Positions 33,201 through 43,739 of a stretch of DNA of 64,000 nt are shown one piece after another (the first letter of the stretch is position 1; each line of letters starts with the position of its first letter). The notes under the pieces are model-generated. The model was not told the origin of the DNA, made no database searches, and worked only from the letters and a program-made list of their open reading frames with translations. A program made the position numbers and the translations under genes. Origin of the DNA: Amoebophrya sp. A120 (taxonomy: Eukaryota > Protista > Dinoflagellata); assembly GCA_905178155.1 (NCBI GenBank), contig CAJINV010000005.1, forward strand, positions 7,432,989-7,496,988, in the 5' to 3' direction.

Positions 33201-34678
33201 GTGCCCAAATTTGTGTTGCGTAGCATGCATGGAAGGCAAAGCTTGTAATGCATAGCTGCCATCTGAGAAAACCGTTAACGTTAACACTTTTTTGTTCGAT
33301 ATGGGGGGATCGAGAAGCGTATCACCGGCTTTGCGGACGATTTGCAAACGAAGGTGGAGACCATGCTGGACAAAGCGATTTCGGACATATGACAGTGCAC
33401 AACTCCCCCTCCCCCTAATTTGTAGTGCATTTCTACCAACAGAAACCATGTCAGAAATGCAGTCTCTGCATTACAAATCCACGCACGGAGCATAGTGCAG
33501 TTTGGGCTTCGAGAACTTGTCATGCAAGCACAGCCAAAAGGCTCGGACAGGATTTGGCATTTTTGCATTACAAATGAGGGAGAGGGGGAGTTGTGCACTC
33601 TCATAGGACATTGGTTTAGACCAGAAGCTGGACAACGTCCGGAAGGACATGAGGAAAGAAATGACGCAGTTCACAAACACTCTGGTATGAACTGCAGATG
33701 ATGTATCGTACTCGTATAAAGGCATTACAAATTTCCGCAGCATGAGAATGAAATAAAATCTGTAATGCGGATTTGGCTCAAGAAAAAGATCTGTAATGCG
33801 AGACTTGCATTTTTTATACGAGTGCGATACTTTTGCACACGATATCTGGATCTGGACAGCAAACTGCAGAAAGTGGAAGACAACATCGAAGCGCATATGA
33901 CAACGATGGGCGGAAAATTTGACACGGTCACGGAGGACATGGACGACAAGCTGGATGCCGTTTCCGCGGAGATTGGAGACACGTTGAACGCCAGTTTAAC
34001 CTCCGTCGCGTCGCAAATGAAAGACAACATGAACGCCAGCATGACGGAGTCCTTTCAAAAAATGGATGAAGAAGTCTTTAAACCGATGGCGACGCAGCAG
34101 AATTATTTTGCGGTGCAGAACCAGGAAAAAATGGCGGAAATGCAGCGGGATTTGGATTATGAACTGCAAAAGTATCGTACTAGTACAAATCGCAATACAA
34201 ATTGGCTCAGCATTACAAATTGAATTTGTAATGCGGATTTACCTAACCAACTAGATTTGTAATGCATAACTGCGATTATTTACTACGAGTACGATACTTT
34301 TGCACAGCATATGGATCAGAAACTGAATTTCTCAACAATGGAATCTGGTATGGCGCAGCTGGGCCATATGCATTGCAAAAATGTCTGGGTCTGGAAGATT
34401 CTACACTTGTAATGCTGTCTCTGGATTCTAAGATGACCAGCAAGAGGACTCCAGTTTGTGCTACACGGAAAGGGCATTTCTCATGCGGTAGAGGCATCAC
34501 AGAGCCTTCTAAAAATCTGTCATGCTAGGTCATGCATCATAGACATCGTTGGTCATTCAAACTATGCATGACAAACTTGGCAATCTTCCAGACCCAGACA
34601 CTTTTGCACTTGATAGGCCAGGGGCAGCAGCAAATCTTGGAGAATCAAGGACAAATCATCGCGAGGCTGAACAATTGA
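21256..34678 (+). CDS. Hypothetical signal-peptide + TM + apolipoprotein-like coiled-coil protein, 13 exons
   Basis: MLVKMLASLVFVASPGMILLQLL...DYAVM|YDAPKSDQ...RLVVLAICAAQCTTVW...LDSKLQKVEDNIEAH...IIARLNN*. Introners start at 22104 (8.9 kb, contains the copia), 31033, 31286, 31619, 32133, 32488, 32809, 33141, 33388, 33686, 34158 and 34367. Confidence 0.72.
22686..22845. repeat. Two ~50-bp units each bracketed by GCACGCGTGC palindromes
   Basis: tgcacgcgtgcgcctgggcgcattggggattcgacgcacgcgtgcgcgg and tgcacgcgtgcacccgggcgcattggagatctagcgcacgcgtgcacgg. Confidence 0.75.
23154..23620 (-). repeat. 3' LTR of copia element
   Basis: Direct repeat of 30073-30539 with about 12 substitutions by eye. Confidence 0.95.
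23700..28061 (-). CDS. pol: Copia Pol polyprotein (protease, integrase, RT, RNase H)
   Basis: ICDSGATSHM (PR); HQRAGH..CPAC (IN Zn finger); DFTGP/RSDNAKEF/ENGKVER (DDE); RYKCRLVALG, FDISNAF, LYGLK, YVDD (RT); DADFAG, EAEY, DNKSA, ADGLTK (RH). The frame is open right up to the gag stop. Confidence 0.95.
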   Translation of the reverse strand, partial: VLDGVSKKSSLLHKLQKVRKLFLRLTKTRCYNTNYSRCFSTKFLTKIPPQKNPPQKEQPPGDEPPVTTSHFEEDECVFDSKLDIFNPDSSSLIDMDDLFSNLDKNEDEICTNDAAGPTRQLKGKRKRAELELAEQFATPEMANMTQQVQALESTDREIRKILFPRSHVSDASKAERVEKCNLSQDAVFSIVAKESEQNHSPEYTARKLAHLYSVRESALRKVREANDAHRNKKDEQHRNHETAFNCVDDAICDSGATSHMSGRPEIFESWDDSNPVRITVADGKELDGPGYFGTLKPNALGCKRAIFHPFLPQTLLSVEQLKKEGYRVVFDEGGNYLQSRKTGKRIFLHKGIGTKLPAVALGFNEDPGEKGLLCEEIETESTMMTKAEKMLLDHQRAGHRSLPGIVVRCPACDLAKSKGAQHAKAKKECYKVEKFNDQVDFDFTGPWEPDYWSQRWVLNAIDQATSWPRSFICKSKAEAGAKLQVWINEEGPPKRVRSDNAKEFKEPGSTWKKTAQKQSPPIHTDYSAPYEPQENGKVERYNQTHQNGVRAMMVGVDKRMWSYAARTFSHIFARTPTAKGGESPFEKRFKRKPSIKYFRRFGCLVYAKDHSQKSKLEDRFTRGIFLGYAQENSTYLVGMWSADGRCKKSSKIRFGVHEVKCCKFDESVLVSKIDDLKPDADKLLIDFPNPARLGDSSQLVEPNVPAVDHDQSSRGQDAPRTDRSKDEEDADKRSSKEKETVENDEGKSFEGGEQPEEGGEENQNPNQDWLDLFSEEAPEKSPKQKKKAENGNRKRKSNTVDADEKENETQEAPRILVEGPTRKKLRKKGRGHDKKKRKERNDKGQSRGPRAKKRQKVNLVSSSDLLKDLPMEFEKEAEAIFQIRHELEEDETPYLFGLQHTWAKCLESPDAIKWIESDTKERLALEEAKTWRHATAEDIKEMGDKLEIIPTVCIYTKKRDGRYKCRLVALGNRQKLSLQGEIYSPTVSHAANRYLLVEAAARGWKVRQFDISNAFVRAALGDEIALCRLPKHNSWSKNKEKGDVVRLLKSLYGLKISPRRWYDEYSGRLKKLGWVVSEHEPGLFKKFAKDKQGKEQELWLAVYVDDNIISGEDDDLVAAEMNAILAEFPGKEILAEYDKEGNEIRDLLGAKLTFNAKKRVMKITCEDAIDKLLEKFHMKDCRAVVSPCLPNSHADLDSPSNSTFPIRSLVGGMLYISCVARPDIAFAVQRVATQVASPTDQTVKDAKRILAYLKGTKSQGLEYSKQQEKKFKEIYTKAAELENKEYRDTIAFCDADFAGCSVSFRSTSGTILYRRGVPICWKSKRQSIRATSTMEAEYCAMYDCVRMTMDQGYLNWFSEQESGSLPLIFNDNKSALALSQTTVATKRSKHMSLRLHLVRDYVKDLCYVNTDINLADGLTKPLPGEKYIQIFKAPSRKANEVFAKAHFADFNNL
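28062..29210 (-). CDS. gag: Copia Gag with CCHC zinc knuckle
   Basis: 382 aa; KQGEDETVEEHI capsid-type motif; CSNCNSESHNTKDC (CX2CX4HX4C). Confidence 0.9.
   Translation of the reverse strand: MGAPGDDHRPSTSGTVGMLYDAEHEGETGKDFQTFKGSVIAQAFSLNIGPQFKEDLEGKVCMDKWDEVDQLACDQWVADGKHENDFWPTYTTEVRSAYAKLYGTVFKSLTGKARAKAQDIQEEPGADACVVWLMLQIKEKANPQTAGARRMLIKEYFNSKQGEDETVEEHIDKLKNFWNFKLGAKVTAEELRYHCIFGNMREEFDECNKRALANGFSFEETKNHMVEEERALSSNGETTKHKANLVRNKNSRNQHGPRPDHVQKNREKQMFSNMLKKEMPSLIQQAAANLIAQNPNLTQNHTAGSNDDSHAANYAGDSKWCSNCNSESHNTKDCWYKNGNKVNNKSSNKNSGKGNNTNTVRKGNDKPKGGGKKGKGKKGRKY
30073..30539 (-). repeat. 5' LTR of copia element
   Basis: Direct repeat of 23154-23620; followed by TSD ATAAT. Confidence 0.95.
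30705..30830. repeat. 12-bp tandem repeat (tttcgcctctcc/tttcgcctgtcg)
   Basis: Directly visible run of about 10 units. Confidence 0.8.
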
Positions 34679-36238
34679 GTAGCTGCTCGACCACGGCCGA
34701 TTATTGTGGCAATTATGGTGCTGTCCTCTGTCGTGCGGAGTTGGTGGTGGCGGAGGAGTTTCTTGCCACATTACAACTGGTGGCTCTTACAGAAATGGTG
34801 TCGCGTGTAAAAAAAGATGAGAAATCGTTATCGTACTTGTACATTAGATAGTTGTGATAGAAAAATCGCATTAATGTTTCTCGTTCAGCGGAACGAATAA
34901 AGATCGGATCATTGTACTTGAGAGAAACACCCGCTGTTGTAGTACGTCCAAAATGAAGTAGCCAGAACCCTGAAATAAATGTACGTAAGACTATAGAACA
35001 TTCGAATTCCTTCGCGAAATGAACTACAGTCCAGAATAGAAGTTCTAAACATACCGGTTGCAGCTGCAGCAGCTGAAGAAATTTAAGTATATATGGATTT
35101 TGCTGGATGTGGATGTTGATGCATATGCAACTATGGTCTGCAAAACGAACAAAGAACTCAGCTATTAGAAGTACAACTACACACGACTGTAACACCCTCC
35201 GGCTCTACTTCGCCACTACTGTCACTGTGTTTTGCGCAGCGCAAAAGCAATACCAAAGTTGTTCGTCGCTATTCGAAAGCACGCAGCGCTAAGTACTAGC
35301 CTTCGATTTTCAACATTCTCAGATTGTGCGGTTTACTCTCTTCTTTGTCAACGGCGTAGTTTATTTTGCTGCACCAGGAAGCTCTACGACGGTAAAGTCA
35401 ACGCCTGGAGGCTAGTGACGTCCACACAAATTGATATCGGTTTTCAAGAAGCTGAGAAGTTCAAGGTCTTCTTCTTTCATCGGTTGTAGTATGCAAGTCC
35501 TTTACAAACTACCTTCTCGGTTGATGCTGCGTGCAGCTTCTTGGTTCTGTTGCTCCTTCCTCGGTGGAATCAATGAAAGGCTGAATTGTCGGTGGATAGT
35601 ATAGAAGAGCACGAAGATCTCCTACTTCTGCTCTTGTACAGAATCGGTATTGATGTCTCGTCTTACTTTCGTGGTTTCGGTGTGCAGCTCGTCCTGATAG
35701 TAAGTTCATGCAACCTCAGAAACATGAAAACATAGACATACTACCGTGGTCGTTTCACGACCACGGCGACCTTGCGGACCTCGGCCTCAAGAAAGCGGCA
35801 GTTTGTCTTGCTTCCTTCGCATGACAAAAATCTAGTACTCCACTTTTATCACAGCTCAAGCCATACAACCCATTTTCCATATGTAGTTGCTACAATATTG
35901 TTGTGTCCCCCGCACGTTGTTAGTCGTTGACTTTTAAGAAGTAAGTGATGCTCCTAAAGCAAAGTACAAACCCTGAGGCTTATTTTTAACCAACATGTCA
36001 CATCCCCCATTCCGCACTCAATCTTCTCAAGACCGACGCCTGCATCTCACCGCGTCCGCCGGGAGCGGCCGCGTCAACACTGACTGACAGTGCCATGAGG
36101 TGGCACGACTGCCCAAGGACGACGTGATGTATCCACTCGAAGGAGCAGCTCCCTCATTTTGCCCCAAAGATGAGTACTAGGGTTCTACACTGAAACCTCA
36201 CAGGGCGAGGTCGCTAATTTGAATTTCAGAAGTCCTCA

Positions 36239-39200
36239 ATGACAGGTTTCGGCGGGGGGACTACAAGCGCAAAGCCCAGAACACGGGCCTCTTCCCACGG
36301 CACCCTCGACAGTGACATATCAAATGTAAAAGTGTCGGGGTCTGGAAGCTTGCCAGGTTTGTCATGCATATTTTGGAAGACTCGCGATGTCTGTGATGCA
36401 TGCTCTAGCACGACAGATTTTTAGAGGCCTACGCGATGCCTCTACCGCATGAGAAATGCCCTCTCCGGGTAGCACAAACTGGAGTTCTGTTGCCGGTCAT
36501 GCAATTCAATTTTTTTTAGAATCCAGAGACAGCATCACAAGTTTAGAATCTTCCAGACCCAGACATTTTTGCATTTGATATGACACGAACTTTTTCGATG
36601 TTTCCAGCGTGTCTGAGGGGGAGCAGGAGGTTAATAATCCAGCACAAAATCTGGGAAATGAACAGCCCCCCACCAGCAGCAGCAGCAGCACGAAAAAGCC
36701 GCGCCGGCGCTCCGGCTCAGCAAATAACACGACATGGCGCGGCAAATTTGCATCCCGAAAGAGCAGCATTGTCAATGGCGCGAAAAGGAAAATGCGTGCA
36801 TCAACATCCTCCTCTTCCACACTAGTACAAGCTGTACCTCGTCCGAGTGAGCGGGATTTGGTGATTGCAATCGATGAAATTTTGGAACACGAGATTCTTC
36901 AGGCCGAACAAGGTGACGACGGCGCTGACGTGGTTAGAGTTACCGCGTTTGCTACACGTAGTACACCCCCGTCGAAAATATTAAATCCGAATGCCTTCAT
37001 TCGTGCGGATGGCGAGGGGGAGACCTCCGCAGGAATTCTGCCTGAAGAACTTGTTCTCATGGGTGGCGATGATGATGAGAACGAGGCTTCTGATGTGGTC
37101 AATAACATTGCCCGACAAGAACCGATGAAAATGATGTTACACCGCGACGATGACGAACATAACGTCAACACCACGTCTAGTACCGATGCGATGCCTGTCC
37201 CTCACCACAACTCTACTGTCCACACCAGCCATAACGTGAAGGCCCTCGACGACCTTCTTTCACTACTCAGCACTGGTGTGAAAAGAGCGGGAAGGAGAGA
37301 TGACAAGCAGCTGGTATCTACTTCTGCTGGTCGAGGAGGTCCCACGAACAGCAACGGGAAGCGCAGTCACCATTACGCTACCCCGATTCAGCGGAAAAGT
37401 TCATCCAGGTTGGTCATTCATCACTCCCCAGGCGGAGTTCGTGGGCGTGGTCGCACAACTACTACCTCTAGTACCGCCTTGTCTTCGTCAACGTCTTTCG
37501 GAGCAGGGGACTACAATAGCTCGAAGATGAAGGACAAATTTCGAAAAGTGCTGCCACCACGACCACCCAGTCGTGGTGCCGGTGATGACATTACAACTGC
37601 GATGACGAGCAACATGTCCTCTCCTGTCCCACATCACAGCCGTTCGGCGGCCGCAACAGCCTGGATGTTGAATGCTAAACAAGATCGAAAAACTAGGCGG
37701 CTTAGCAAGGGGCTACAGCCACCAACTACTTCTGAAGAAGTAGAAGATGATCCTGAAAATACCAAGCAGATGAAAGCAGAACCCCAGGTCGTCGTCGATC
37801 CGGATCGCGACTACCTCGCCATCTGCAACTGCAAGCGCGAAGGCCTGCGGCTGCACAACTGGCGGGAAGGAGTGATTCACGTGGTGAGGAAGGAAATGGA
37901 AAATTTTTTGCCAAACCTCCCAGGCGAAGAACAAAATGAACAACGAGAAGGTGGACCGTTACTCACCTCCTCCGCGAGTGGCATCAATGCAGAAGCAGTC
38001 GAAAATGGTGCGAAACAAGACGCGCAGTGGCGAGCTACTAGCACACCCGTATTAGAAGTAGAGCAGCACCTGACTCCCGCACGACAGGTGCATCCCGCCC
38101 CAGCAACTACGTCCCCTGAGTCAACATCTGTCGTGGCAAAACAAGTACCTCAGCGAGGAAGTACAGCGGCAAGGTTCTCGGACGTCTGGGAGCCCGTGAA
38201 GGTCCGCCTATTGCTCCGGGATCTTCTGATGCGGAAAAGGATGGAGAGGATAAACGAAAGAGAACGGAGTCTAGAAAAAGAACAAAAGCAACTACTTCTT
38301 CTCGCGGAACACGAAAAGGAACAGCTTTCCCTCCACGAGCTTGGGACGCCAAGAACCGCTGGTGAACACGATGGGCACGACGCTCTCGTCACACCATCGC
38401 AGCTGTTCTGCAGAAGGGAGAGCAGGTTTGACAAGTTGAGCAAGAGACATGTGCCAACTACGCCGAATGTGGTGCAACAGACTACTAGTGCTGTTGATCC
38501 ATCATTTTCGATTTCGCACCCGTCGGTGCAGCACATCAAGCGCAACGCCAGTAAGAAGCCGGCTAAAAATACAGCCATTGCGACTTCTTCTACTGCGCCA
38601 GGAGGCCGCTCATCTTCGACTCATGCGGCCACGAAAAAAATGAACCTGAAAACTTTGCCGCTCGACAATGGGAGAAGGAACAAGCCGCAACTGCCAATCA
38701 ACAATGCGAAAAATCCCCCGTCGACAGTCAACATTCCGGAACGATACAAAACAAACGTGGTCTCCGCAGCTTCACTTTTGAAAAGCTTGAAAACGACTAC
38801 AACTCATCACGATGCTTCCGCGACGGTGGCAACTTCTGCCGCCAAACCATCAAAAGTGGCAAGTACTTCTAAGGTGGCCGGCCACAAGCCCCCGCGGGCA
38901 GCACATAATTCACCGGCGAATAAAGTCAAAGCGGTAGAACTTCTACAACCAGAGGTGGACCCTGGTTCTGATCCTGATTTCTATCACCAAGGATCTTCCT
39001 CGAGTAACAACTACCCAACAGGTCCTTCAAAAGCAGCTTCACCAGGGTGGCCCGAAAGCGAGGAACGCGAGGAGCACGCACTTGGAAATAGTACTACGAG
39101 TAGCGCGGCGAAAATAAAATCGGGGGAACTACAAAAACAGCCACAGCAGCAGGTGCGCGAGATCATTATCGCGCACAAGCAATTTATGGAAAGCATGATG

Positions 39201-42200
39201 AAGAGCCTACCAGATGCGCAGATGAAAGTAGAGCACAGTGGAATGAAGAACAACAACAATAACGACCAACAGCTGTTGCTGCGCCACTCGTCCACCCCCA
39301 GCGTTGATTTGTCGATTCGCGACCAACTGAACGACCTGAGATCTTTACTGGACAAATGCGCCGCGTTGGTGGAGCGAGAGTTTCCGCATTTTTTGCTGGA
39401 TGGTGAAGAGGTGGATGGTGCTAACATGTTTGTCAGCGGCGCGAGGGCTCCCGGTAGTCGCTCAGTTGTAGTTCCGGACTATATGGACCTCCACCAGTCC
39501 CACCTGCTGCACGAGTTGGATTTTTATCAACTGGAAATTTCGACGATTTCCCGTGCAGACGGACGAGGGCATGTTCTACTGCATGACAAAACTTCCTTAC
39601 CTGCGATTTTACCGGTCAGCATGACAAGCGTGGTTCTTACACTCTAACAAGTTGGCGGAATTTGTGATGCATTTCGTACAGTGTCAGTGTCTGTGCGGGA
39701 ACAAAATGAATTTGTCTTGCATAGCTTTCTTTTCCACCCCGTCGAGGACTATTTGTACAGTGGAAGAATTATCCACCCAGTTTCTGATGCGGACCTCGCT
39801 ATGGGAAGTACTAGAACTTCATCTATGACAAGCCCGTATACTACAGAACACGCCAACTCCACAGCAACCGCTCTCCTTCCCTTCAAGTACCGACTGAAGA
39901 AACAAATGCTGCTTCCGTTGCTGCGACTGGAGGAAAAAATCCGGCACAGTCCGAGCTACATGCTGGAATGCGAACTCGGGCGGGCAAAAAATTCTTACGA
40001 CGAAGAGGACCACGACCCGGCAGCAGATCTCCAACGGTTGATCACCTTTGAATTTCTGAAACGGCTGAAAATCTACAATGTTCCCTTCCACCAGGTGATC
40101 AACAGCTTGCGGCAGGCTGTGTTGCTATTCCCCTGCGACAGTGAGATTTTCAACGCGTGTTTGTATAATGTCCGGGTGAACGAAGCGTGGCGGGGAAGGT
40201 TGTTAGCCGGCATGGATTTGCGGGAGGAAGTGGAGAGGTATTTTCAGAACGAAGTAGTACCAATGAACCCCCGAAGAACATCGCGAGAGAATCTGAGTCA
40301 TGTTGCACAACAACAAGAACTCAGTGGAGGTTCAGTGGTGATGGACCTGGAGCTGGACCAAGATGAAGAAAATATTACCGCCAAGAACGATATTCTGCTG
40401 GAGAAGGTTGTCTTTCATCCGTCGTCTTCGACTGTGGTATCTTACGAGCCGAATGTGCACCTGTTGCGCGACGTGTTACGTGTTGTGCCAGGGGCGACGA
40501 CTACGACTGGTATAACAACTTCTACTGGGTCCTCAATAAAGACGAAGACGGCCGACTTAGTAGACGATACAACCCCCATCGTCCCAGGGTCGGGTCTGAA
40601 GAGAGGGCACCAGAACAAAAACGCCGCGCAGATGAACCACCGAGGATCTTCGCCGGGTTTTAAGCTGGACTTCTCAAAACTCGTGCCATCCTCGTCTTCG
40701 CAAGTTGTGATGCAGGAGAGCAGTGGGGCTCTACTTGAAGAGGCCGCACAGACGCCGACACAGGGAGCTGGTGGACGAGCCACTTCTACTACCAGCAAAA
40801 ACGAAGCGAAGCCCGGCGTGAGTGCGCACCTCCTGGCGAAGTATCCACTGAAAAAAACAACCGCGAGCATCGGTGTCAAGAACAAACAAGCCGATACAAG
40901 AACGGCGGGCAAAACTGGCACAGGCCAGGCGCTTGATCGGATGAGAAGTAGAGGTAATATTAAAACCCCCGCCGGCGGGGGTAGTCAGCATCGACGCGGC
41001 GCTCCTGGACCGGCAGGTGTTGGAGCTTCTCCTGAGAATAAACGGCAGAATGTTACTGGTCCACCGCATTACCATCTCCATCCGCACAAGCGACAGCAGC
41101 AGCATCATCAACATCAACCGCCGGGTGTAGGGTTTGACAACATCCTCCCGCATCATGCAACTACCGGTGCAAATGCAGCACCTGGAACAATCGTCAGCGA
41201 GACGATAAACCTACCTACTTCATCATCACAGCAAGATACTTCATCATCATCATCATCATCATCACCCTACAAGCCGGAGCTCACCATTCTAGTCGGTGGC
41301 TCGGCTAGTTGTCCCTCGGTGAGAGCATTGCTCCCGGATTTCCTTGCCAATTTGCTCCCACGAGCAAATGGTGCTGATTTTCACAACGGCGATCATTTCC
41401 ACCGTAATGGAGATGCGTCGAAGACGAACTTTGATCTTTTGAACCCCCGAGTTTCCCTACAGTTTGTCTACATCGACGAAGCGCACGCAGCGGACACGTT
41501 GGCCTCCAACATTGGAGGTTATGCGAGGGAAACAAGATCTTCAGTTCCAAGACGACAGTCTAGTACTTCCCAGTGATAAAAATTCAAGTCTGTGGTCATC
41601 ATGTTGCAGCAGTGTTTGATTCATCAACTTGTGTCGCTATCCGGTAGAGGATTTCTGCCGACTCAGACCTACTGCAGAGCTGGTTTCTTTGCCGCGGCCC
41701 ATGTCCATCACCTCTACAGGTGGAACAACTCCGTTTATTGCATATAGTCGCAGTTGTACTAGTATCGATGAGCTGCATGCAGTTCGTTGTGGTCTACTTA
41801 CTACTAGCAGACAATGACAAAGACTGTGTCTGTGGCAGAAGTACTGAGATTGCATGTAGTCGTCCAAGAACTTTTTTCCCCTCCATACCATTTCAGCCGG
41901 CGTGGCCAACGCGAGCCACAAGTCCCAGGCGGACCGGAGAAAATATGGCGCTCTCGTCAACTGTTACATCCTCAACTGTTACATGGATTTGTGACGCAAG
42001 AACGGCAACAGTGAAAGAGGGGACCTTGCGCGTCTTGCATGACAGATTTGGCACAGATTATCAGCCTGCTGGGCTCTTCGAGTATTTGTAATGCGAAACA
42101 GCTTGATCGTGTCGATCCTGATTGCAACTCTGCGTGACAAATCACGTACTTAACAGCTGAAAATGTAACATTTGAGAACGCCATAGAAAGCGCGCTTTGG

Positions 42201-42700
42201 ACTTTTGGAAAAAGGAAGTCTTGGCACACTTTGACAAGGAAGACAAAGATGAAAGAACAAGAAGCTGCGCCGATGGCACATCAACTATCAAGACGACCTC
42301 CGCCCATCTTCCAGCCTGGCTCGGCCCCCTGCTCATCGACCTCCACCCGGAGAACCAGTTCAAGGAATTCTTCGCCTGCTGGCCGACCCGGGTGCTTGTC
42401 GTGAACAATTACACGGGAAAATTGGAATTTGTTTCCTTCGGCAAGAAGAAAGACGGAGGGCGGCTGGATCTGGACGGGGTATATGATGTAGTGCTGAAGA
42501 GAGGTGAAGAGAAAACGAAAACGACCAGCGGGGGAAGATCATCATCATCTTCAAAACAAGGAAAACACGAACAACCGCGGAAGAAAACCAGATCTTCGCA
42601 TCCACATGCTGATGATGTTGAAAGTCATCATTTTCCTCGTCACGACGACGACGCGAAGGAACATCATCAGAAGCTCAGTAGACGTAGCAAGACATGGTAA
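36239..42700 (+). CDS. Large low-complexity protein with C-terminal iodothyronine-deiodinase-like thioredoxin fold
   Basis: Spliced via introners 36318-36580, 39525-39723, about 41520-41887 (junction uncertain, may be two elements) and 41944-42185. Motifs ILVGGSASCP, FVYIDEAHAAD, HKSQADRRKRA, LLIDLHPENQFKEFFACWPTRVLVV parallel deiodinase GSCTUP/YIEEAH/HxxxEDR/DxMxN..YxAxPER. Confidence 0.68.
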
Positions 42701-43739
42701 TGGATTTAGATAAGTGACTGTGACTTCTATACAAGAGCCAGCTTTTGATGCCGGCCCGGGCTATAGAATAATGCTTTACAAAGTTGTTCCCTACTTATGT
42801 GATTACAAAAATGCAAAGACACAGCTTTTGTCTACATACGATTCTCAATAGCGACGTAAGTCAGTCAATTCAAACTATCACTAAGGTGTCGACGCCTTAT
42901 GAATCAGAATCCTGCTGTACGTAAGTACTTTTCTTCATTCCGGTTCATCAGCAGATGAAAAGGTATCGTCAAGTATCAAGAAACCGGGATGACAGGTGGA
43001 GCCACCTCGACCACCAGCGCCAGCTTTTTATTCATTTTGGATAATGTCCGTCGTTCTATGTTGTTGTCTTCAGGAAGAGCTTCGCAGCTCTTTTCAGCAT
43101 GATCGTCGCCTTTGGATCGGTTCTATGTAAACATGTGGTCATGTTGCTCTTCATCCAGCGACGAGTACGAATTGTAGATCTTAGCTTAGTCCTGTTCCTG
43201 TTGCAAGAGTTCTTGGACTACGGTAGTAGAATTGTGGTCACCAGTGGAATCGTGCTCGTCGATATGATGCTTAAACGTCCTCGTTGTCGTTTTGTTTCTT
43301 TGCTTTTGTTGAACCTCAAGGAGCGCAAAAGGTGTCAAGAGCGAGTGAGTCGCTAGCTGTACACGACGTCGCGTCGCATAATTCTCTTATCGCCACAACT
43401 TCGTAGCAGACCTTCGCTATTCGTATTCGCACTTCTGAATTTTCGTTTTCATCGCATAATCGTAATACTTGTGTCGCATCGCTTTCGCTCGGATTATATT
43501 TTCCCCTCTTTCGATTTCGAAGGGCTGTCTCATTGACGTGATTCGCTTCGTACCTGATTCGTTCGTGAAGAACAAGAACAGGTAGCTGCTGAAGATCATC
43601 ATGTAGATCATGTGTATCTATCATTTTGAAGACGACAAAAGGGTGGAGTAGGAATTGCAATTCCAATTGTTATTGGAAGACGATGAGTACATCATTTTGA
43701 TTTTCCCCATGATCTTCTGAGAAAATCGTGTACACCACC

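Noticed and set aside
33772-33782. tttggctcaag as a dinoflagellate spliced-leader relic
   Set aside because: It is only an 11-nt match inside a family-B introner and does not lie upstream of a gene.
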